Shown: positions 1-14,417 of the stretch, in pieces
How the letters are laid out: every line of letters begins with the position of its first letter
How positions within the stretch are numbered: position 1 is the stretch's first letter
From: Octopus sinensis
Taxonomy: Eukaryota
Assembly: GCF_006345805.1 (NCBI RefSeq)
Contig: NW_021832382.1
Coordinates: 62,001-126,000, forward strand
Length of the DNA: 64,000 nt
Direction of reading: 5' to 3'
The notes under the pieces: generated by a model
Database searches by the model: none
Seen by the model: the letters and a program-made list of their open reading frames with translations, nothing else
What the model was told of the DNA's origin: nothing
Translations under genes and position numbers: made by a program

Positions 1-1
1 C

Positions 2-70
2 TCCTCGGCCGACGTCTCCACGCTCATGTCGAGAGATATGTACGAGGAATTCCTTACTAACGAGAATTAA
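2..70 (+). CDS. 3' end of an upstream gene, possibly glycine cleavage system H protein (partial)
   Basis: Frame 2 reads SSADVSTLMSRDMYEEFLTNEN*, resembling the GCSH C-terminus (..ELDELMSEEAYEKYI..). Only 22 codons are visible. Confidence 0.35.
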   Translation, partial: SSADVSTLMSRDMYEEFLTNEN

Positions 71-115
71 TTAACTGTTTTTATTAATATTTGTTTCTTG
101 GCAACTGATTTGTGA

Positions 116-3100
116 ATGCCTGACAACATAAGGTGGATAAAGGGACGAGATAATGAATTGCCTTCCTCTGTGCAGGAAATGTAATCCATCTTAGCGGAAA
201 CTTACTCCGCATTGTCGACAGTCACGGAGGGTCTTGTAACCATTTACTTCATTCACGTGACACCGCCCTGATGGTAGGACATGTCTCCAAATCCTTGTTT
301 GCGACGTGTGAAGGAAATTTGTCAGAGTGGACGGTTACTGTCTGGGAGTATCCCAGTCTTCAAATTATCTATCAATTTACCGATCAGGAACAGTTGGTGC
401 ACCTCCAATTCCTTTCCACCAACATTCTTCTTACTTTATCCGAAAAAACACTCAAATTATGGTCGTCTGGATTGTCTATTTAAATAGGGATTGGGTCAAC
501 AAACAGTTCCTGGGACAAGATCAGGTCGAGTCCTTCCGAGAATTTGTTCTGGTCCCCAACCAGTGGGACGGACGCAAGTTCATTTTGACACTCGACATGA
601 ACGTGTTTGTGTATGTCGTGTCTCTCTGCGGAAGTGTCTGTGAAATCACTAAAAGGTAGCCCGTCGGGTGGGCTGACTTGCAGTCTCGTCGAGATGTCTC
701 CGAATGAGGAGCCCACCAATCAATTCCTCCGCAACCGACTTATTAGTTTCTTTGACCACCCGACAAACGATTCATTTCCCGCCTTTTGTCTGCTGAACTT
801 GGATAGGGAAAATTATGAAAAATACCTCGCTCACACTAAGAAGAGACCGACCATCCGCGTGGAATGTTGCTGTTGGTTGGACGCTCATAACATGCTTTTT
901 GTCTGCGATAAAAGTCGTTTCATCAAGGTAGGGATGTTCTTTCACTCAAGTATAACTCGGAGACTTCTCCCTCCATCAACGAACTGGCCTTGACAGACGA
1001 ACTAGCTGACACATGTTGGCCAGTGAAATGCATTTGCGTCGACGGGCCGGAAATCTACTTTGTGACTAATGTTGGTGATATGTCACTAATTGCCAGAATC
1101 TCGACCTGTGTGTTGCGAAAGAACAGAACAACCAAATCAAAATTGTCAAGAAATTGAACACATTCAATATGAGAGTCGACAGAGTGCGATTAATTCCCGA
1201 TCCAGCCAACTGTCGTATTGTGATATTCGGGGACAAAGTAGTGGAGTGTTAGCACGTGCAGTCCCTCACAATGGCCTATGAAACTGGTCCCGGAGAGGTG
1301 TCCGTCATCGAACATGACAATTGCGTTGGGATCATTGACATGTGCACGTTTTACAGAAACGGAGACTACCTGACTGTAAACCAAGGATTGATGATCCTAG
1401 ACTACCCAACCGGGGGGAAAACTGTCGATTTGGAGAATAGAAGATGGCAGTGTTGTGACAAGTCAGTGCATGCCATTTGAAGTCTTTCTCAGTCCTCTTA
1501 CTTGCAGATTTCGTCTCTCTGTGCTCTCTCGACTGTTCTGTTTGTGGGTGACACATCGGGGATTCTGCATGTCTATGACACCACTACTCTCAAGGAATTT
1601 CGACTGATTCAACAAGTCAAACTGTTTCACAATCCAATCGACTTGATCACGTTGAGTGTTCACATACTATTCCTCAGATCAGACCAATCGGTCGTCTCCT
1701 TTGCCTCAAAGTCGGCGGGGCAAATTTATTTTATGAGTGCCGATCCCTCCAGAAAATTTGAAGTTTTGGATGGACTGGTGACTGAACCGTTTTATTGGCA
1801 GATGTCGAATTGGGGACAGTGGACAGTGTTTCTCTCTTTTCTGCCCAACCAACAGTCTGCCTCGTCGCCAGCAATTCGGGGACAAAACTTGCGGTGTTTT
1901 ACATTGACAACTGTAAAGAAACTAGTTTCTAAATTGCAGTCCAAATCAGTCGCGAATATATGTTCACGTTGAAAGAGAGATTGTATGAGTGTCTATTGAC
2001 TTCACCTCGCTCGTTTGTCGCCATTATCGAGGGGGGCACTCTTGTTCAGTGGGACATTCTCGACGTTGTCCTTACAACTTACCACTTTAGAGAGGTCCAT
2101 CGGTCAAAAACGGCCGCCCTCAAATTACGAATGTGAGGAGTATCTGCAACTCCCAGGACGGATTGACTTTGGCAGGTTTGAGGACTGACGGATCACTCTT
2201 CACAAGTTCTGTGGAATTGGTGGCTGTTTGTGTTATTTGTTCAGGACAAGACTACTCAGTTCTGTGCCTTCCCCAAAAGTGGTGCCAAAGTCATGTCTTC
2301 ATTCAGCGGACGGCACATTGTTCTGTCGACAACTTCGGGGAGTCTCCTCTGTTTTCTCAAGTGAGACGAGCTACTCATTTGCAGTGACCAAGTTAGCGAG
2401 GGGCAATATTCCAGTCAGTTAAAATCAAATTCCTGGCAAACAGAAAAATCACTTGGTGGCCTCAAAACTTACGAGGAAGGAAAGGTGCGTCGTGTCTATG
2501 ACCTTTAGAGTCTCGCTTGGAGTGGTGAAATGGACTTTGACGTGTATTCCCTCAACTTGGACGACTTGACGTGGAAGGAAAAACGTGAACTCGAACACAA
2601 CATCAAAGAAAATGAGAAATACTCAGAACAAAAGAGGGACATCCGATCCAAGTTTGAGGAAATCAGGAAATCGGTGAGTGGCCACATTAAATGACCAGAT
2701 TGAATTGATTCGACGAGAAAATAAAGAACTGCCGGAAACGGAGAGATTGGAGTTGGCCGAAATGGTGATCGACGTCGAGAGGGAATCCCGTGCCTACGAG
2801 GAGTGCGACAGTGCCATCAATCGGGTACCTTCTTCAGACATTCCAAAGATGAGACTCAACTGCAAGGAGGAGAACATGTCCAAGGCGGCGGAGATGTCTC
2901 AAATCAAGTCCAAGTACTGGGACAACTACGAAGTGAAGGGACAATCCCTCCTTGTTATTGAACACGTGCTTATTCCAAGATGTTCAGAGGAGATTTGCAA
3001 GTCTGCAATTTCCCGATGCTTCGACAGTGCGATCGGGAGACGGAAACAATTCACAAAATGGAATCCCGAGACAAAACAGGCACGTTTGAAAGAAAGGTTG

Positions 3101-5466
3101 ACTACCACACCTAACTTGCAGTTGATTCAAGATCTCGTAGAGGACTCGGTTGACAACTTCAGGTCACAGTGTAGGCTCACCAGGAACGTTATCTGGATGA
3201 GCCACTGCACACGCAGTTCCACCCGCAGTCGATGGAGTACCGATTCGACCAGATCCGCCTCTCAGAAGTAGTGCTGTGAAGTTACTCCAGAGAAACATTA
3301 AGCAAATCAAGACGTCTTTCAATGCTTTATTTGAGGAAACATTGCAACTGAAGAGACAAGCACTTATTCAAATCAACCAGAAAATCGAAAACAAGGCCAA
3401 GATCGTGAAAGAATTAAGTGGAACTGTGCCCATTGACACTCCCTACAAACTAGCACCGGTCGAGAACCCATCCGACATGTTCTTGGTCTCAGAGGAGGAG
3501 GTCACTCTACGATATAACCCGCCAGATTGCAGGAAAACTTAAATACAGCGACCACACGTGCACTGCACATGACATGGAGGGCACAGATGGGGATAATTGG
3601 AGAGAACGGGGGCTCAAGCTGATGATGGAAGGAGTCCTCCAAGTGAAGAAAGAGTTCGTGTGGAAGGTTTAGCTGGTAATTATGGTCAGGAACCGGAAAT
3701 GCCGAGCTTTATGGCGGAGAAAGACCAGACAAAGTGGACGGTAGAAGAACTGCACCTTGCAGAAGAATACAATCGTAAGTTGAAACAGAACATGGAAGAA
3801 TACGAGCAATACAAAAAGGTCATTTTTGAGTACACGGCAGGTCCTGGAAAACGAAATCAAGAAAATCGACTCTTCGATAGAGGAGGTGATGAAAGGGTTT
3901 GACTCGAAACTGCACAACTTATTCAAAAGTCGAATAAACTCCCAGTCGGCGATATTCCAGGTTGTCGTGAGGCCAAGATCTCAGGAAGAGGTGACCATCG
4001 CCCGAATGAAGAGACTCATTTTGGTAGAACAGGAATTGGATTTTTGGGAGGTCGAGATGAGAAACAAGTTGGCAGCGACGCAAAACAAAATTGTAATTGT
4101 GCCTCAAATAGAAAGGAACGGAAAACTTTGTTGAGAGAGGAGTGTCGACAGATAATCGAGGGACTTCACGAGGAGTACGACATCCTGGTGGCCACCGACA
4201 AAATGCTTGAGAAAAGCCTCAAATCCAAGTTCGACTCGACTTGGGCGGAAAGATTGTCCAGAATATTCAAAAAGCGTCCAAAGTGAATGTGTAAGGTGAC
4301 ACGGCAGACTGAGGAGTGCTGACACGATCGAGGAGTTGCTGCAGTCCTACAAACACGCCGAGAACACCCTCAAACTGGCCGAAGCACAGCGCCCGGACGA
4401 CGTGGACCCTCACGTGTGGGAAAGATTCTCCGCCTTCCGACGACAGAAACTGGAGAGCGAGTTCCAGGTGAGCGTGTGACACTACTGCAGATGAAGAAAA
4501 AATACATTCAGGTGACGGAGGCCGCGTGTCTGCAGGGAAGGACGACGAAAGAAGTCGAGGACTTGACGAAGGTGGTAGTGCCGGAAATAACGCGGACATT
4601 TGGAATGTTGGTGGTGGTGGACACTCTGGTAGGATTGCGGACAAGAGAAATGAGTTATACTACAACTTGGAGATCCAATTCGCGATAAAACAGGGACAAG
4701 TGGAGATAAACGTGGAGAATGGAATCCGCAATTACTCCGACGCGGTGCTGCTGGAGAGGTCGATCGTGGAGGGACTAAACGCGGACATAAAGGTGGTGTT
4801 CCATGAGGACGTGGTAGAAAGTGGCGAACGTTAAAGTAGGCATAATGAGGGAGGGCAAGGACGTGATGAACTCGATAGCACAACTCGAATGGCACAGTCG
4901 CCTACTCACTTGTAGGGAGCACAAGAAGATGGAAATGCAATACGAGGACATTATCAACCGAATGAGGGAAATCAAAAACTTTAAGGTTTCCAGAGATATG
5001 CACAAAGTAATGGTTTCCTCATAGCAGGTCATTTCCAACACGTTCGCCAACTCTACCAGTCAGGGGGAAATTTCAGCACTGGAACAGGCCATAGTCAAGC
5101 AGCAGGAGGTATTGGTGTGCCGTCACTGCAGCACGGAGTCAAAGTCATCAGGGAGAAGCAGAATCTCCTCTCAGTCCTTCGCTCTGAAAACAGGCGTGTG
5201 CTCAAAAATAACGAGACTCTGTTGGAGACGAATTTGGAGGTTGGTGTGGAAGTGAGTGAACGGAGAATAACTTATGAAATGAACAGTAAGCACGCCACTC
5301 ACTCTTAGCACACGAAAACGAAATCGACGAGAGGACCAGTCGCTACGCAGACATGGTCATGCGGAGAAGAATGGTCGACCAAATTCAGGAGAACGCCACT
5401 CAACTGGCCACACTTCGGGCAGAGGCCGAGCGACTAAGAATGGCCACATTCCCCTCACTTAAATGA
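116..5466 (+). CDS. CFAP43: Cilia- and flagella-associated protein 43 (WDR96), multi-exon with many micro-introns
   Basis: The N-terminal IRWIKG matches VRWVQG. WD-repeat segments are present (CALSTVLFVGDTSGILHVYD...GQIYFMSADPSRKFEVL). The C-terminal coiled coil includes IKQGQVE...YSDAVLLERSIVEGLNADIK, EHKKMEM and terminal EAERLRMATFPSLK* (vertebrate EVERLRMKTFPAL). Introns include 462-487 (26 nt), 656-683 (28 nt) and 4093-4115 (23 nt). One missing A at 156-157 shifts the frame. Confidence 0.93.
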
Positions 5467-5525
5467 CTAACCAAAGACAACATAAATTTATTAATAAATA
5501 ATATCTCCAAGTGAATACACACACA

Positions 5526-6807
<1,282 letters not shown>

Positions 6808-7203
6808 ATATATCGTTGTATATTATTTTTTTATTCTAATTATATATTTAATTAAATATAATATTACTTAATTAAATTCTCGTATTTTACATACTATTAA
6901 AAAATTTCCAAAATATCCAATTATTCGAAACGCTAGTCTCCATAAATAGAAACATTTGTAGCCTATTTTAGGAATTTGATAATGAATTAGTAAAAGAAGG
7001 CAGCTAAGACTGCATAATTAGTAATTACCCATTGACTTGTGGTTTATGTTGTTCTAGTTCTCGAAAGTTCCACTAAAATTAAGTGTGAAAAATTGATATT
7101 GAAAAAAACAAGCATTTTTAATTATTTATAATTATATTACAATTAGATAATCGAAAGCAATTGATATTCAAAAAAATAATAAATTTAATTATTAGCTTAA
7201 AGC
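6808..7203. promoter_or_regulatory. AT-rich divergent (head-to-head) intergenic region between PI4K2 and CLC, probable bidirectional promoter
   Basis: A 396-bp AT-rich spacer between two divergent start codons. No specific motif was identified. Confidence 0.5.
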
Positions 7204-9815
7204 ATGGACGTGCACCTTTCGGACGACGAGTTCATTGACGTGGCCGTGGACGGACGGCAATGTCTCCACGGAGTAGCCGACCATTCTCGGGGGTCTTTCC
7301 ACCTGAAAATGATGGAAGCCGTGAAATACGACGACTTCCATACGATCGACTGGCAACGGAACTTTCAGCGAAACCGCATTCGTCATAGACAAATTGTAGT
7401 CGAGTCAAAAAAGTCATCGGTCGGACTTTTTAAGTACATTTTCGACTCTTCGTCGTCTTGGATCTGCATTCTTATCGTGGGGGTCTTTCGGGACTGACGG
7501 CTGCCTATATCGACATGTCCTACAAGTGGATGGGCTCGCTTGTGCATGGAATCTGTCTATCCGACCGTCTACTGGGGAGAGAGGACTGCTGCTGGACTGC
7601 CAACAACACAGTGGACTCCAAGACGTGTCCCAATGTAATGGAGTGACTTACTGGCAGTGGAAGCCCTGGTCGGAATTGGCAGGGGGAAAGGAGAATGGTG
7701 CATATATATTCGACTATTTCATGTTCTGTCTCCTCTCTGTGCTCTACACTACTGCCGCAGCCATGATGGTTAAGTTCCTCGCCCCCTACGCCAGTGGGTC
7801 GGGCATTCCCGAGGTATTGTCTTCACTCACTTTCAGATGAAGACCATTCTGAGTGGTTACATCATTCGGGGGTACCTCAGCACGTGGACACTTATCATCA
7901 AATGTTTTGGAATAGTTCTGTCTTCGGCCGGGGGACTGTCGTTGGGAAAGGAGGGTCCGTTCGTGCAGATTTGCTGTTCGATTGGCAATCTTATTTCCAA
8001 ACTCTTTCCCAAGTTCAGGCGGAATGAAGTCAAGAAGAGAGAGGTGTGATGACTCACTTATCAGATTCTGTCCTCGGCCGTGGCTGCGGGTGTTTCGGTG
8101 GCCTTTGGTGCCCCTGTGGGAGGGGTTCTCTTTAGTCTGGAAGAAGTGAGCTACTTTTTTCCCCTCAAGACTATTTGGAGGTCTTTCTTCTGTGCATTGG
8201 TGGCCACATTCGCCGTCCATCTGTCGGGCGTCAACAGGGGTGGTCAGGACATTCTGTTTTACATTGGCTACGACGATCCCACTGCTTACGTCGAACTAAT
8301 TCCCTTCCTCCTCCTGGGCATAATCGGGGTTGTCTCTCCTCTCTATTCAGGGGTTTTATGGAGTTCTCTTTATTCGACTTAACGTCAAATACTGCGCCTA
8401 CAGAAAGAATTCTTTTATAGGGAGGTTTCCTATTACTGAGGTCTCTCTTTCCTACTATTTTAGGTTGTGGTGGTCACTCTTGTTACTGTCTTGGCCTCGT
8501 ACCCCTTCTCCTTCACTCGTCAGGACTCCAATTCCTTCATCCGACAACTCTTTGCTGCCTGCCACGTCGGGGATTCCAATCCACTCTGGTAGTGGACTTT
8601 TCCATGTCTTAGTGACTACCAATGGGACTACTCGGTCGGGCAGGACCGTCAGGGGAACCCTTCTCTTGGGGCTGGAATATACACCTCCATGTGGCAGTTG
8701 GTCATCATCCTTGTCCTCAAATTTGTGTTCACGGTGACCACGTTTGGACTAAAGGTGTTGTGTGGACTTATTCGAAGGTGCCTGCTGGATTATTCATCCC
8801 CACGATTTGTGCGGGGGCCATAATGGGGCGAATCGTGGGCATAGGAGTGCAGCAGATTGCCCGGTTGGGGACTGTGGTCATTGTAGGACGTTCTACATCA
8901 ACTCGACCTCTCTGGTGGCTGTGATCAACCCCGGAGTGTACGCGCTTGTGGGAGCTGCCGCCACGCTTGGGGGAGTCACCCGAATGACTGGTGTTGTTGA
9001 GTATTTATAGTAGTGTCCCTGGTGGTGATTATGTACGAGATGACTGGCGGGATTTCCTACATAATCCCCATAATGATGGCCACAATGACCAGCAAGTGGA
9101 TTGCTGACTGGTTTGGGAAGGAAGGGATGTAGGCACTGCTTTTATTTCATAGATACGACCAACACATCCACCTGAACGGCTTCCCTTTCCTCGATGGAAA
9201 GGACGAGATTTCCGAGAGTGGCACGGCCAATGACGTTCTCCACGCAATGTTTTGTTGGGCATTCACTCGCAGGGACAACTCGGCCGAACTGACTGTCATC
9301 GAGCAGAACAAAATGACCATTTCCGAAATCAGTATTCATTTCTTTCCATTTCAGAACAAATTCTCGAGGAAACGAACTACAACGGATTTCCAGTGGTCGT
9401 GTCCAGGCACTACAAAGTGTTGGCGGGGTTTGTTTATCGAAGAGACCTCGAATATGCACTGGGTACACCTTCTACTTAATGACAGACCGATTGAATGGAT
9501 TTTCCGATAGCACAATCGTCTATTTTTCTGGTCCTCGCCCGGAACAGCACAAGTCGGCCAGACTCTCCGTCATCCTCGACCAGGTCAGGTCTTTGGGCCA
9601 ACCACAGAGTCCAATGACAATGACTGTGTTCGGGTCTATCCACATCACGTTGGAAATGTTCCAAAAGTTGGGAATCCGGCAAGTTTTGATCACCAAAAAT
9701 AAGTGCGTATATGGTAAGACTGTCGTGTAGTGAGGTGGTGGGAATCATCACCAAAAAGGACTTTGTCACATATATCGAGGACCTCCGTCTGAGGAACAAA
9801 CTTCTCAGAAGTTAA
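7204..9815 (+). CDS. CLCN3: CLC-3/4/5-type 2Cl-/H+ exchanger with two CBS domains
   Basis: Motifs [20 protein letters not shown] (gating Glu), LFSLEEVS (proton Glu), GLFIP, GGVTRMTVSLVVI, YNGFPV and GIITKKD. About 14 introns of 21-28 nt, e.g. 7635-7657, 7814-7836, 8044-8064, 8991-9013. The G5 run at 7479-7483 needs a sixth G for frame. It is likely co-orthologous to CLCN3/4/5 rather than specifically CLCN3. Confidence 0.95.
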
Positions 9816-9859
9816 TTTTTATTTAATAAAATTAATATACTTTCTACATGGCTACATTT

Positions 9860-10084
9860 AAGCATATGGCTAGAGATGTAGAGAAAGCAGCACTTACTAA
9901 AGAGCATCTTCTCATACTCGTTTTTGGTCCTCATTTTTGGAGGCCATCTTCTTGGTTGTCTTTGAGACATCTCTATTTCGGTGGTTTGGAGGGGTTGGTC
10001 AACAAATCTGACAAGAATGCCGACAACGCCCACTTTTCTAATGGATCTTAACGCCTTTAAGGAAGATTGCAATAAATGTGCCAT
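9860..10084 (-). CDS. Candidate small unidentified gene (~70 aa)
   Basis: Host-like composition, ATG at 10084, and a plausible 28-nt GTAAGT..TAG intron near the 3' end. No homology recognised. Confidence 0.25.
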
Positions 10085-10259
10085 AAATATTTGACCTTGT
10101 GTATTTACACTGATAGTAAATGGTTGGGGACTTACACCAATTCGACATTCTCCTTACAAAACGTGCAAAACTTCTTGATCAGTAAACACAAGCCAATTAA
10201 ACTTTTTACTTGACGTCAAAAAGGCTAGTCTTTAACAATGCCTTTACTTAATTTTTAAC

Positions 10260-10700
10260 TAAAATTAGACAATTTCCTCAAAACGTTCGCGCTTAAAAGA
10301 TTAAACAACGTATGGTTGAGAGGTAAACAAATTTCTGCGTCTTAAAAATCAAACTATACAATATGTTTGTAAAACCAGTCTTATTCTACAACTCCTCTTC
10401 TTGGGCACTCACAGTGCACGAAATGGAAAAACTGAATTCCTTCCATAGAATGGAGCTGAAATACATTCTAAAAATCTTTTGGTCAAAGCGCATATCAAAC
10501 AAACATCTCTACTCCAATTACAATGTACATCCTTCGGACGAAGAAATAAGAAGTAATAGATGAGGCTTATTCGGTCACATCATAAAAATGGACAGGAAAA
10601 CTCCCGCAATCTCGCAATGAAACACCACTACGCTCCTCATCCGGGAACGACCTTCCGAGGAAGACCACGAATTACCGGGACTACGCTAAAAAGAAAAATG
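10260..10700 (+). mobile_element. RTE-clade non-LTR retrotransposon 3' fragment (degenerate)
   Basis: RLNNVWLRGKQISAS..KIKLYNMFVKPVLFYNSSSWALT..KLNSFHRMELKYILKIFW..ISNKHLY is the typical post-RT region of RTE elements. Confidence 0.75.
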
Positions 10701-10909
10701 TTGAAGATCCTTTTGTTTTACCGTGTTTACAACAACGCGGGAGCCGAAACCAAATTTATAAATTTTAATAAACAATAATTTTTTGATTTAATTTCCATTG
10801 GAAAATCATAAAAGAAAAAAATGTTTTTCAAATTTTAAAACAAGTGACTCACGCTTTTTTAAAATATATCCAGGAAGCAATAAATAAAATTGAGTTTTAA
10901 GTTAAATAA

Positions 10910-13900
10910 TTTCTCAATCTGTCGAGCGTCAATGGGACGAAATCTCTTGTCAAGCAATTTTCGAAGGCCTCCTTCTTGTCTCCAATCAACACCGTGTCGC
11001 TTGCCTCCGTGCAGGTCGCTGTGAAGGCAGCAGTGTCTGGTTAAAGGCTTTCCCTTCCATCGGGAACTTGGTGGATAAGAAATGCCTAAGAATCGCAATC
11101 TCCCTCCGTGTCGGGATAAAAATCTGCCAGGCGCATAAATGCCGCTGTGGGGGAACTGTTGACGAGTACGGTTTGCACCCCCTCGCCTCCCGTCGGAGTG
11201 CCGGTCGTGCCCCCAGTCACAGTGAACTCAACTCGATCATACAGAGAGCAAACCTTACTGCCTTTAGGAAGAAGGACAACGGCGTAAGACCCATCTCTGT
11301 GGGAAATGTTCTCTTGAGGGTCTCCGCTAAGCTTCTCTGTCATCCCATTGTCCCTTGTTTGTCTCCAAACTTTCTGCCCGCTCACCTTGGTGTCAGCGTT
11401 TTCAATGGTTGCAAGGCCGCGGCCCATTCCATTTGTGAGCTGTTAAAATCTTCCGAGGAGTTTATCATGGTCAAACTGGACGTATCTAGTGATTTTAACT
11501 CCATCAGACTGGATCACTTACTGGAGTGCTGCCGCGAAATGGCTCCTTCTGCATACCCCTTCGTACATCTCGCTTACGCATCCACAAGCATACAGTGGGG
11601 CAAATAAGTCATGGCACACCTATCATTTTTTTTAATTCAATATATTTTTACAATGATAACTTTTTCGATTTAGTTCATCATGCTACACAATAAAATCTTG
11701 CATTCTTTTGAACCCATTTCGTGCTAATTATATTCATGAATTTCAAATAAATATAATTGTTTTTGCTTCATATTTAGAAAAACGTCAAATTTGATGTGTA
11801 AAAAGTGATGACACTATCAAAAAATATGGATTTTTTGACAATAAGATACAAATGATTATCTTTTGGTGCCTTGTTTTTTTTTGAAATAATTGATTCTTAG
11901 TTCTATTAATATAATTGATTAGTAGATTCCGATAGTAGTATAATATAATTTTATTTTTGCCTTTTATTAAAATTATCTCGTCGATGAGGAAAGAGCATTC
12001 TTTGGACCTAAAACAACGAGTTGTAACGCCACCACCAAAACGGTAAAAGTATGGAGAGATTTCTAAATTGTTGATATTACCAAAAAGTACTGTTCGAAAT
12101 ATTATTACTCGATGAAAGCAACGCGAAACTGTTATTAATAAACCAAGATCGGGTGCTCCAAAAGATATCTCTGCATCTTCTTCATTAATGAAAAGATTAG
12201 TTGCTTCAAACCAAAAATAACTCGAAAAGAATTGGCCGATAATTTAAAAATCACAGGAACGTCAGTGTCCCTTCGTACAATCACTTCTACACTACGCAAA
12301 GAAAGTATCAATAAGCGAAGGCCCCGTCGAGTTCCGTATTAAAGAAAATACACCTTTCAGCGCGAATCCAATATGCAAAAAATCTTTGAACAAAGAAAAT
12401 GAATTCATAAACAATATTTTGTGGTCGGACGAATCAAAAATACAACTTTTCGGACTGAACTACACGCTTTCAATTTGGCGCAAATCAAATCAGGCGTATA
12501 TCCCAAAATGACCATACCTACCGAAAGCACGGGGGAGGTAGTATCATGTTGTGGGGTTGTTTTTCATCAACAGGTGTTGGTGAACTATTTGTAATTGATG
12601 GAATGATGAATTTTCTTAAATATTGCGAAATTTTGGAAAAATGTCTTTACCTTCGGTCGCGAACTAAATTTGACACAACATTGGACATTCCAGCATGACA
12701 ACGATCCTAAGCACAAGTCAAAAGTAACCGTTAAATGATTAGAAAAAAACAAAATAAATGTTTTGGAATGGCCAAGTCAATCGCCAGACCTGAATCCCAT
12801 CGAAAACTTATGGAAAATATTAAAAAATAAAAGTTGGCTTAAGAAAACCAAAAAATATCCAGGAAATAAAAAACAATTTGCTACGAAGAATGGAAAAATA
12901 TTTCTAAAGTAGAATGTCAAAAACTAATTTTTTCTTACAAAAACGATTGGAAGCAGTTCTGCTAGCAAAAGGGAATGCAACTAAATATTAATTGATTCGT
13001 GCCATTACATTTTTCCCTCAAAAAATTTACTTTTAAAAATAAATCGTTAATTACTGCACTATTAATAATTCCCTTTAAGATAGTTTTTTAATAATTTATC
13101 TAAAAAGTTCTATATTACTAATTTATTTTTTAAAGTAATGTATTTAATAATTTTTTGCAAAGAATTGTTAAATTTAGTCAAATTTGCAAAGGTGCCATGA
13201 CTTTTGCCCCACTGTACTTATGTTTGACGACGTTCCTATCACCTCGTCTATTGGGGTCCAGCAAGGCGATCCTCTGGGTCCTGTGCTTTTCGCCCTAGGC
13301 GTTAATGGCATCGCCCATTCTGTCCGATCCCCCGTAAACATTTGGTACCTGGACGACGCAACTATTTGTGGTCCTCCCGAAGTGGTTTTTGATGACCTCT
13401 GGATTATCCTTCCATCCCTCTCGGCCATTGGCTTATCTATTAATGCAAATAAATCTGAAATTGTGAATATCCACCTTCAACCAAGTTTATTCTCTGCCGC
13501 CTCTTCTGTTTGTCGCAATATTTTTCCAGACGTTCGTATTACCGAAAAGTCTAATCTATCCATCCTTGGGGCTCCCATGGGTCTTTCCGCTCTAGAAACT
13601 TCATTTTCGAAAAAAATATCGAATCTCTCTAAAATGATCAAAAGGCTTAAAAACATCGACCCTTACATTGCATTTTTCCTCCTGCGAAATCACTTTTCCG
13701 CCCCTAAGGTCCTTTATACGCTAAGATGTGCACTTTGTTTCCACAGAAGTGACCTCCTATCTGATTTCGATTACATCCTTAAGCTCAGTATGAGTTCCCT
13801 ATTCAATCTTGCTTTCGACGATTCTGGCTGGTCATAGGCGACTTTACCTGTGCGCTGGAGTGGCCTTGTCTGAGATTCTGTTCCGATTTGGCCCTTCCGG

Positions 13901-14108
13901 CTTATCTGTCCTCTCATTCTGCCTCCCGCACTCTCTCAGACATCGTTCATCGAAACCTTCACGAACAGAAAGTGTCTGCAGATTTTGTTACGGCAGGTCT
14001 CTTATGGAAGGCCCGGTTTGACTTGAGGCAGCCTGAGTCCGAGCACTACCAGCGCCAGTGGGATGGCTTAACTACATTCCCCTTCGAGCAGGGAAAATCA
14101 CTTATATA
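10910..14108 (+). mobile_element. Degenerate CRE-like RT/RLE retrotransposon fragments (family A-related), split by a Tc1 element
   Basis: Nucleotide similarity to 42505-45739. Motifs [28 protein letters not shown] and HKCRCG..GLHPL. The reading ..STSI|LMFDDVP.. is restored across the Tc1 TA duplication. Confidence 0.9.
11593..13214 (+). mobile_element. Tc1-family DNA transposon (DD34E), full length, transposase disrupted
   Basis: TIRs CAGTGGGGCAAA(TA)AGTCATGGCAC and GTGCCATGACTTTTGCCCCACTG, flanked by TA/TA. Motifs WSDESK, FQHDNDPKH and [13 protein letters not shown] with 34 residues between D and E. Frameshifts and a stop are present. Confidence 0.95.
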
Positions 14109-14417
14109 AGATTCAAAGAGTTTAGGGATCTTGTTGAAGTGATTGAAAAAAGAGAAAAGCGTAGATTTTGAATTCTCTGACGGAAAGGCATTTATTCAAA
14201 AAAACAATTGCTTACTCAGATTTTTTTTGTATAGAAGAGGAAGAAGTAAGCTAAACAATGATTAGGTTATCTATAATTCTCCTTATGTGTGAAAGGCACA
14301 CTAATCATTTTGGAAGAATAGAATGATTAGTCAGCTGTCAGAAAGAAATTTACGGTTGTGTCACTCGAATGGAAACTGAAAATAATTTAAAAACTGTTGT
14401 TTGTAATGTATAATAAT

